Shown here piece by piece: positions 16,121-22,512 of a stretch of DNA of 24,000 nt; positions within the stretch are counted from its first letter, which is position 1; every line of letters starts with the position of its first letter. The translations under genes were made by a program, and so were the position numbers. Origin of the DNA: Halarchaeum rubridurum (GTDB lineage: Archaea; Halobacteriota; Halobacteria; Halobacteriales; Halobacteriaceae). The DNA is taken from positions 582,919 to 606,918 of the forward strand of contig NZ_BMOO01000001.1 of the NCBI RefSeq assembly GCF_014647115.1, in the 5' to 3' direction. Below the pieces are notes generated by a model. That model was not told where the DNA came from, made no database searches, and saw only the letters and a program-made list of their open reading frames with translations.

Positions 16121-16840
16121 CTATTCGGTCGGTGCGACACGGCCACCGGAGCCGCGCTCGCCGAGGAGGGCGACGGCTGCGTAGACGAACGGCGTGTCGA
16201 GCAGCGCGATCAGGAGCTTGAGGACGTACTGGCCGACCATGAGGGACGCGAGGACGGCCGCGGGGAGCGGTCGACCGCCGAGGAGGGTCGGGGCGAGCCA
16301 GAAGCCGACGCCGACGAAGATGACGGTGTCGATGGCCTGACTGGAGGCAGTGGAGCCGATGTTGCGCAGCCAGAGGTACGCGCCGTCGGTGCGCCGCCGG
16401 AGGGCGTGGAAGACGAAGACGTCCCAGTTCTGACTGACGAGGTAGGCGCAGAGCGACCCGGCGACGATGCTCGTCGAGGAGCCGAGGACGGCGGCGAACG
16501 TCCCGGGGTCGATGGAGGAGGCCGCGGCGGGCGCGAGAATCGTCGACCAGACGAGGGCGAGCAACACGAGGTTCATGGCGAACCCGGTGTTGACGACGAC
16601 GGTGGCGGCCCGGCGACCGTAGAGTTCGCTGTAGCAGTCGCTGGCGAAGTAGGTGAGCGCGTAGGCGAGCGCCGCGCCCGGCATCACGAGCGTGCTCCCC
16701 GTGACGGGGAGGGAGACGGGGATGTCGAAGGCGAGAATCTTCGCGGCGGTGAGTTGGGCGGTGACGAGCGCCGTGACGAAGAGGGCGACGAGGACGACCC
16801 GGCCGGTGGCGAGCGGCGTCTCGGTCGCGCCCTCAGACAT
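16121..16840 (-). CDS. yhhQ: Queuosine-precursor (preQ0/preQ1) transporter YhhQ/DUF165 family
   Basis: Multi-TM protein with YFASDCYSELYGRRAA, NIGSTASSQAIDTVIF and LKLLIALLDTPFVY, typical of the YhhQ/VUT family. The ATG at 16840 overlaps the upstream RHH gene's stop (ATGTCTGA). Confidence 0.82.
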   Translation of the reverse strand: MSEGATETPLATGRVVLVALFVTALVTAQLTAAKILAFDIPVSLPVTGSTLVMPGAALAYALTYFASDCYSELYGRRAATVVVNTGFAMNLVLLALVWSTILAPAAASSIDPGTFAAVLGSSTSIVAGSLCAYLVSQNWDVFVFHALRRRTDGAYLWLRNIGSTASSQAIDTVIFVGVGFWLAPTLLGGRPLPAAVLASLMVGQYVLKLLIALLDTPFVYAAVALLGERGSGGRVAPTE

Positions 16841-17039
16841 CCTCGGCGTCCTCGGCGTTCTCTGTGTCGTCCGCACCGAGGCGGCCGTGGCGGGCGTCGA
16901 TGTCGTCGAGGACGTCGAGCGTCTTGCGCAGGGAGGCCCGGACGGCGTCGGATCGGTTCACGAACTTCCCGTCGTCGCCGACGTGGTCGTCGAGGTCGTC
17001 GAGGAGCTCCTGTGGGACGTCGACGGAGATTTTGGGCAT
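16833..17039 (-). CDS. Ribbon-helix-helix (CopG-like) DNA-binding protein
   Basis: MPKISVDVPQELLDDLDDHV...NRSDAVRASLRKTL fits a beta-strand plus two helices. An acidic tail follows. A TATA-like CTTAACTATT lies about 28 nt upstream of ATG 17039. Confidence 0.72.
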   Translation of the reverse strand: MPKISVDVPQELLDDLDDHVGDDGKFVNRSDAVRASLRKTLDVLDDIDARHGRLGADDTENAEDAEDV

Positions 17040-17079
17040 AGTCGAGTATTCGCAGCCGAATAGTTAAGCGGCGCGTTCG

Positions 17080-19401
17080 TTACGCCGGGCGTTCGTCGGG
17101 CGCGGGGTCGTCGGGGCTCGCGCCACCGCCGCCGCGCCGGCCGCCGAGCGTGACGACCCAGAGGCCGGCGAGGCCGAGGAAGAAGGCGATGGCGATGGGC
17201 GCGCCGACGACGACCATCGTGTAGAGGCTGTCCGGCGTGACGAGCGCGGCGAAGCCGAACGCCGCGATGACGAAGACCCGCCAGCGCCGGCGCATGCTCG
17301 GGTAGCCGACGACGCCCGACCAGTGCGCGAGCCACATCGTCACCGGGACCGTCGCGAGCAGGCCGATACCCGCCGTCGTCATGAAGACGAGCCAGAGGAA
17401 GTCGCTGATCCGATAGCTGATGATGACCTGCGCCTGCAAGGCGTCCCAGACGAGGTAGGAGATGATCGACGGCGCGACGAAGATGTAGCCGAGGACGCTC
17501 CCCGCGACGATGGTGACGGTGATGGCGCCCGCCCAGACGGTGACGACGCCGCGACGCGCCGCGATGAAGCCGCGTTCGCGCAGCGCCGGCCAGACGAAGA
17601 AGAGGACGAGCGGGACCGAGGCGACGGCGGCGACGACCGTCGAGAGCTTCACCGAGAAGATGAGCGCCTCGACGGGGTGGAGCGCGACCGGCCAGCCGAG
17701 CGCCTCGGGGTTCCCCTGGAGCGCCTCGGCGGGGATGCGCCCGATGAAGTCGTCCCGAACGAATCCCAGGCCGCCCTGATAGAGGAAGCCGAAGACGACC
17801 GCGAGGACGAGCATGAACCAGCCGACGAGCCAGAAGAGCCGCGAGCGCAGGCTCCCGACGATGAACTGGAGGTCGTGGTAGTAGCCGCCGATGTCGTCCT
17901 CCGTCGTCTCCTCGTCCGTGAAGGCGTCGAGCATCCCCGCGCTCGTCCGCGAGAAGACGTTCCCGGACGCCTCACCCTCGCCCTCGGCTTCGTCGGGTTC
18001 GCCCTCGCCCTCGGCGGTCGTCGCACCGTCGCCCTCCCCCTCGCTCTCGGCCGCTTCGGCCTTCGCGCGGGCCTCGGCCGCGTCGAAGCGGTCGAGAATC
18101 GCGCCGGCCTTCTCGGGGTCGTCGGCCTCCATCGCCGCGTTGGCGAGGCTGAGGGCTTCCGCTTCGTCCATCGCGTCGAAGCGCTCGTCGGGGGCGGCGC
18201 GGACGCCCGCGGCGTCGAGCACGTCGAGGTTCATGTTCTCGGGCTTCGGGGCGCGCCCGCCGTAGACCGCGGACTCGGCGCGGGCGGCCGCGGCGATGGC
18301 GTCGTAGACCGCGTAGGCGAGCGCGACGACGAGCACGAAGAACGCGACGGCGACGCCGACGACGGCGAGCGAGGCGTCCGCACCGAGGCCGACGAGGTCG
18401 GCGGCGCTCGGGACGCCGCTCGCGGCGAAGGTGTCGAACGCGCCGCCGACGAGCGGGAGGTCGGCCGCGGCGACGGCCGCGAGCGCGCCGTTGACAGCGC
18501 TCACGCCGCCGTAGCCGAAGAAGCCGTAGCCGAGGAGGAAGCCGACGACCGCGCTCCCCGCGAGGACGTTCCAGCGCGAGCGGAGCTGTGCGCGGAGGTC
18601 GATGCGCTCGCTCCCGCGGCGGGCGAGCGTCACGACCTTGGCGAGATAGAGGCTGATCGCGTAGAGGAAGAGCAGCGGCACCGCCCACATGATCTGCGTG
18701 AAGGGGTCGGGCGGGGAGAACAGCCCGCCGAAGATGAAGATGGCGACGACGGCGTGCTTCCAGTAGTCGCGGAACGTCTCGTAGGGGACGACGTCGAGGT
18801 AGGAGAGCGCCGTCATCACGAGCGGGAGCTGTGCGGCGACGCCGAAGGAGATGGCGAGCACGAGGATGAACTGCGTCCACGCGACGATGGAGTACATCGG
18901 CTTGATGTTCGCGCTCATCGCGTTCCCCGCGAGGAACTCGAACATCAGCGGGAAGAACAGCTCGTAGGCGTAGGCGACGCCGACGAACGCGAGGAAGAGC
19001 GCGACGAGCGCGCCGCCCGCGAGATGCCAGAGCGAGAGCGAGACGTCCGGGACGATGTCACGCTCCGCGAGCGGTGCCTTGGCGAAGTACAGCAGGATCG
19101 GGAGCGCGAGCAGGACGCCGACGACCATCCCGATTTTCACCTGGAGGAGGATGACGTCGAAGGGCGTCTGGAAGATGACCTCGACGCTCGAATCGAGGCC
19201 GAGCTTCGTGATGAGGTCGCGCTTGAGCGCCGGCCAGATGTACGTCCGCATCGCCATGATGCCGCCAAAGAGCCCGACGACGAACGCGATGAAGACGACC
19301 TGGAGGCGCTTGCGGGCGGCCCCGACGAAGACGCCGATGGTCTCGCGGCCCTTGTCGACAGCGCGGGCCGTGTCCTCGCTGATGACCCCCGAGTCGCTCA
19401 T
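17080..19401 (-). CDS. tatC: Twin-arginine translocase subunit TatCt (duplicated, 14-TM TatC fusion typical of haloarchaea)
   Basis: 773 aa with two TatC-like halves joined by an acidic Ala/Glu-rich linker (AEAAESEGEGDGATTAEGEGEPDEAEGEGE). TatC signatures appear in both halves, for example FSPPDPFTQ and LVTPDSLYT. Confidence 0.92.
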   Translation of the reverse strand: MSDSGVISEDTARAVDKGRETIGVFVGAARKRLQVVFIAFVVGLFGGIMAMRTYIWPALKRDLITKLGLDSSVEVIFQTPFDVILLQVKIGMVVGVLLALPILLYFAKAPLAERDIVPDVSLSLWHLAGGALVALFLAFVGVAYAYELFFPLMFEFLAGNAMSANIKPMYSIVAWTQFILVLAISFGVAAQLPLVMTALSYLDVVPYETFRDYWKHAVVAIFIFGGLFSPPDPFTQIMWAVPLLFLYAISLYLAKVVTLARRGSERIDLRAQLRSRWNVLAGSAVVGFLLGYGFFGYGGVSAVNGALAAVAAADLPLVGGAFDTFAASGVPSAADLVGLGADASLAVVGVAVAFFVLVVALAYAVYDAIAAAARAESAVYGGRAPKPENMNLDVLDAAGVRAAPDERFDAMDEAEALSLANAAMEADDPEKAGAILDRFDAAEARAKAEAAESEGEGDGATTAEGEGEPDEAEGEGEASGNVFSRTSAGMLDAFTDEETTEDDIGGYYHDLQFIVGSLRSRLFWLVGWFMLVLAVVFGFLYQGGLGFVRDDFIGRIPAEALQGNPEALGWPVALHPVEALIFSVKLSTVVAAVASVPLVLFFVWPALRERGFIAARRGVVTVWAGAITVTIVAGSVLGYIFVAPSIISYLVWDALQAQVIISYRISDFLWLVFMTTAGIGLLATVPVTMWLAHWSGVVGYPSMRRRWRVFVIAAFGFAALVTPDSLYTMVVVGAPIAIAFFLGLAGLWVVTLGGRRGGGGASPDDPAPDERPA

Positions 19402-19493
19402 TTGTGTCCGGTAGCCGGTTTCCCGTTATCAATCTTCCCGTCGGTACCCAAAAGAAAGCCTATAACGCCCGCGTCGCCAACCGTAGGCAGAGA
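19402..19493. promoter_or_regulatory. Divergent tatCt/tatCo promoter region
   Basis: GTTATCAAT (19425-19433; minus-strand ATTGATAAC) lies about 28 nt from the tatCt ATG at 19401. TATAA (19461-19465) lies about 31 nt from the tatCo ATG at 19494. Confidence 0.45.
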
Positions 19494-20762
19494 ATGGGAG
19501 ACGCACCGGACGGGCCGTCCGACGACGGGCCCGACGGGGACGACGCCGACGGCGAGGACGTCACCCACGCCGAACCGGTGGACACCGGCCGGATCGAGCC
19601 GGACGTCACCGACGTGAGCGAGGGCGACGCGACGGCCCCCGACGGTGCGACGACCGACGACGACAGCGAGACGGACGCCGACGCATCGGACGGGGACGAC
19701 GCGTCGGCGGAGGGCGCGGCGGACACCGCGGACGAGTCGGCGGACGACGCCGATGACGAGTCGGCGGACGACGCCGATGACGAGTCGGCGGACACCGCGG
19801 ACGACGGTCGATCGGACGGTGCCGACGACGCGGCGGACGAGGAGTACGCGGACCCGCCGGACGACGTCCCCGACACCGGCGACCCGTCCGTGCCCGACGA
19901 GGGGCCGACCGTCGCCGAGAGTGGCGTCGACCTCGAAGAACACACCGGCGAACACCGCGACGCGACGGAGGCGACGCCCGCGCCCGCGGACACCGAGGTA
20001 GACGCGAATGCGGACGTGGACGACGAGGGCGTCTTCGGTGAGGGGCCGGAGAGCGACGAGGAGCAGCCGGTTGCCGTCCACGTCGAGGAGATGGTTCGTC
20101 GCCTCGGCATCGTCGTCCTCGTCGCCGGCGTCGTGAGCGCGCTCCTCTTCCCCTTCGGCGACACCCTCATCACGTTCATCTGGGACGGCGTCCTCCCGGC
20201 GAGTTCGACCGCCCAACCGCACGTCTACGCGCCGCTCGAACTCATCGTCACGCAGTTCAAGGTCGCCTCCATCGCCGGCGTCGTCGTCGCGCTCCCCGTC
20301 ATCGTCTACGAGACGTACGCCTTCATGCGCCCCGGGCTCTACCCGCACGAGCGACGCTACTACCTCGCCGCGATTCCGACCAGCCTCGTCCTCGCCGTCG
20401 TCGGCGTCGTCTTCGCCTACTTCGTCGTCGTCCCGAGCGTGATGTCCTACTTCCTCTACTACTCGACGAGCGTCGCCAACGCCGCGCTCGCGCTCGGCTC
20501 GACGTTCAACCTCATCCTCGTCCTGATGGCCTACCTCGCCATCGTCTTCCAGATTCCGCTGTTCGTCATGCTCGCCATCATGATGGGGCTCACGACCCGG
20601 CGGTGGCTCGCCGACCGCCGCCTCCTCTTCTGGGGGGCGTTCGCCGGCGTCTCCTTCCTCGCCACCCCCGACCCGACCGGCGTCGCGCCCGTCGTCGTCG
20701 CCGCCACCATGATCGTCCTCTTCGAGGGGACGCTGTTGCTCCTCCGGTGGACCGGGAACTGA
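19494..20762 (+). CDS. tatC: Twin-arginine translocase subunit TatCo with an acidic N-terminal extension of about 200 aa
   Basis: The C-terminal 220 aa or so are a standard 6-TM TatC (FMRPGLYPHERR, FQIPLFVMLA, LATPDPTG). The N-terminus is Asp-rich and low-complexity. Start taken at ATG 19494; the track ORF begins at 19404. Confidence 0.88.
   Translation: MGDAPDGPSDDGPDGDDADGEDVTHAEPVDTGRIEPDVTDVSEGDATAPDGATTDDDSETDADASDGDDASAEGAADTADESADDADDESADDADDESADTADDGRSDGADDAADEEYADPPDDVPDTGDPSVPDEGPTVAESGVDLEEHTGEHRDATEATPAPADTEVDANADVDDEGVFGEGPESDEEQPVAVHVEEMVRRLGIVVLVAGVVSALLFPFGDTLITFIWDGVLPASSTAQPHVYAPLELIVTQFKVASIAGVVVALPVIVYETYAFMRPGLYPHERRYYLAAIPTSLVLAVVGVVFAYFVVVPSVMSYFLYYSTSVANAALALGSTFNLILVLMAYLAIVFQIPLFVMLAIMMGLTTRRWLADRRLLFWGAFAGVSFLATPDPTGVAPVVVAATMIVLFEGTLLLLRWTGN
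19731..19802 (+). repeat. 3 x 24-bp in-frame tandem repeat (DESADDAD units) inside the tatCo N-terminal extension
   Basis: GACGAGTCGGCGGACGACGCCGAT occurs twice and is followed by GACGAGTCGGCGGACACCGCGGAC. Confidence 0.85.
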
Positions 20763-20763
20763 C

Positions 20764-21077
20764 CCTCCATCTTTTTCCGCGAAGGGGTCGCGCGGAGCGC
20801 GACCCTCGACGCGCAAAAACATGGGTGAAAAACTCCCGAGCGACGGAGTCGCTCGGTGAAACGCGGCGCGAAGCGCCGCGTACGCTGGACTGCAGACTGC
20901 ACCGCGACGTTATAGGTTCAGCTAGCGAGCCGAACGCCAGCGTTCGCGCGAACGAGCGGTCCGAAGGACCCGGTAGTGAGCGATTCCCCGCGACGCTACG
21001 CGTCGCGGCCTTTTTCACCCATGTTTTTGCCGCGAGCGGTTCGCCGCAGGCGAACCCGAGCGGGAAAAAGATGGAGG
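20764..21077. mobile_element. 314-bp non-coding element with composite terminal inverted repeats (MITE-like, or a structured RNA gene)
   Basis: The 15-bp block 20764-20778 equals the reverse complement of 21063-21077. The 19-bp block 20814-20832 equals the reverse complement of 21011-21029. The interior is filled with perfect hairpins, and no credible ORF is present. Confidence 0.45.
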
Positions 21078-21078
21078 T

Positions 21079-21156
21079 TCAATCGTCCGCTTCTACGCCC
21101 TCGTTCGCCGGCGACACAGACCCCGTCCGATAGCCGTGCAGGTCCAGCGTCACGTG
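21079..21156 (-). pseudogene. Orphan duplicate of the last 25 codons of the PP-loop ATPase gene
   Basis: Encodes HVTLDLHGYRTGSVSPANEGVEADD-stop. The 73-bp segment 21084-21156 matches 21227-21299 at 72/73 positions, and the single difference is synonymous. Confidence 0.6.
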
Positions 21157-21166
21157 GTGCGACCAT

Positions 21167-21200
21167 CTTTTGCCGGGGGCAAAAGCTGGACCAAAAGCCG
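21167..21200 (-). terminator. Candidate terminator of the PP-loop gene: hairpin plus oligo-T tracts on the minus strand
   Basis: CTTTTGCC-ggg-GGCAAAAG (21167-21185) has a perfect 8-bp stem. Read on the minus strand, CGGCTTTTGGTCCAGCTTTTGCC supplies two T4 runs 15-50 nt after the stop at 21216. Confidence 0.4.
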
Positions 21201-21215
21201 GAGCAACCGTCGGCT

Positions 21216-22049
21216 CTAGTCGTCGGCGTCCGCTTCTACGCCCTCGTTCGCCGGCGACACCGACCCCGTCCGATAGCCGTGCAGGTCCAGCGTCACGTGC
21301 TCGAAGCCGACGTCCGAGAGGTGCTCGCGCGCCGCTTCGGCGAACTCGGTCGTGAGCGCGACGTCGAGTTCCTCTGGAGCGACCTCGATGCGCGCGAGGC
21401 CGTCGTGGTCGCGGACGCGGAACTGCTCGAAGCCCCACGTGCGAAGCAGCTTCTCGGCCTTCTCGACCCGCGAGAGCTTCTCCTCGGTCACTTCGAGGCC
21501 CGTCGGGATGCGCGAGGAGAGACACGCCATCGAGGGTTTCTCCGCGACGCTCAGGTCGTAGCGCTCGGCGATCTCGCGCACCTCGTCCTTCGTGATGTCC
21601 GCCGCACGGAGCGGCGAGTAGGCGTCGAGTTCGTCGACGGCGCGGAGACCGGGACGGTGACCCTCGCCGGGGTCGGAGGCGTTCGTCCCGTCACAGACGG
21701 TCCCGATGCCGAGGTCGCGCGCCGCCGAGAACATCTCGGAGAGGCGCATCGAGCGGCAGTGGTAGCAGCGCTCGCCGTCGTTCTCGACGAAGTTCGGATC
21801 GTCGAGCTCGCTGAAGGAGACGAGCTCGTGGCGGATGCCGATCTCGTCGGCGACGCGCTTGGCGTCCGCGAGTTCGGCCTCGGGGAGCGTCTCGCTCTTC
21901 GCGGTGCAGGCGACGGCGTCGTCGCCGAGCGCGTCGTGCGCGAGGGCGGCGACGACGGCGGAGTCGACCCCGCCGCTGAACGCGACGAGCACGCCGTCGC
22001 GCTCCGCGAGGGCGTCGCGGGCCGCGTCGAGTTTGGCCTCGACGGTCAT
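21216..22049 (-). CDS. PP-loop superfamily ATP-utilising enzyme (LarE-like / TIGR00268-type)
   Basis: 277 aa from the internal ATG 22049: VLVAFSGGVDSAVVAALA (SGGxDS PP-loop), ERCYHCR, GTNASD, ACLSSRIP. GGAGGTGGGAGG (Shine-Dalgarno-like) lies just upstream of the ATG. The longer track ORF has a basic, implausible N-terminus. Confidence 0.85.
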   Translation of the reverse strand: MTVEAKLDAARDALAERDGVLVAFSGGVDSAVVAALAHDALGDDAVACTAKSETLPEAELADAKRVADEIGIRHELVSFSELDDPNFVENDGERCYHCRSMRLSEMFSAARDLGIGTVCDGTNASDPGEGHRPGLRAVDELDAYSPLRAADITKDEVREIAERYDLSVAEKPSMACLSSRIPTGLEVTEEKLSRVEKAEKLLRTWGFEQFRVRDHDGLARIEVAPEELDVALTTEFAEAAREHLSDVGFEHVTLDLHGYRTGSVSPANEGVEADADD

Positions 22050-22141
22050 GCCTCCCACCTCCGTCCGCCACCGCCTTCCGTGTACCGATAGGGGTGGCCG
22101 CGACGGGCGTTTTAAGCCCTCGGGGCGCGTTCGGACGCCCG

Positions 22142-22474
22142 ATGCCCGACATCGAGGACGTCGCGCGCTGGCTCGGCGGGCGCGCCGTCTGGTGGTCGTT
22201 CGCGGTGCTCGCACTGCTCGTCCTGACGAACGCGCTCGTCGGCACGGGCGGGACGCTCGGGGTGCTCGGCGTCCCGGGCGCACTGCTCGTGGAGGGCGCG
22301 ACGCGGGCGTTCGAGGCGCTCGGCCTCGCACGCGACGGCACGGCGTGGACGGCCGGCCTCGCGCTCGTCTGCTACGCGCCCGCGCTCGTCGTCGGTGCGG
22401 CGCTGCGGACCGTCAACGCGGCGTGGCGCTGGCGGAAGGCGCTGCTCTACCCCGAGGAGTACGCGCACTACTAG
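22142..22474 (+). CDS. Small membrane protein, function unknown
   Basis: 110 aa from ATG 22142 (MPDIEDVARWL...) with three hydrophobic segments. TTTTAA (22111-22116) is centred about 28 nt upstream of the ATG. Confidence 0.5.
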   Translation: MPDIEDVARWLGGRAVWWSFAVLALLVLTNALVGTGGTLGVLGVPGALLVEGATRAFEALGLARDGTAWTAGLALVCYAPALVVGAALRTVNAAWRWRKALLYPEEYAHY

Positions 22475-22482
22475 GCGAGGGC

Positions 22483-22488
22483 TTTTTT
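22483..22488 (+). terminator. T6 tract: candidate oligo-T terminator of the 22142-22474 gene and/or TATA surrogate for the next gene
   Basis: TTTTTT begins 9 nt after the TAG stop at 22472-22474. It is centred about 27 nt upstream of ATG 22513. Confidence 0.35.
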
Positions 22489-22512
22489 CCGATGCCGTCC
22501 GACTCACCGGCG

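Noticed and set aside
17323-19617. 764-aa plus-strand ORF, and the 474-aa minus-strand ORF at 19398..20822
   Set aside because: They are antisense shadows of tatCt and tatCo. Their Arg/Asp/Glu-rich, low-complexity translations have no family features, while the TatC frames have clear TM architecture and motifs.
20590-21133. Track ORFs 20590..21018 (-) and 20603..21133 (+) crossing the 314-bp element
   Set aside because: Both are basic read-throughs from the tatCo region. The shared FFTHVFA peptide is just the 19-bp inverted-repeat block translated on both strands.
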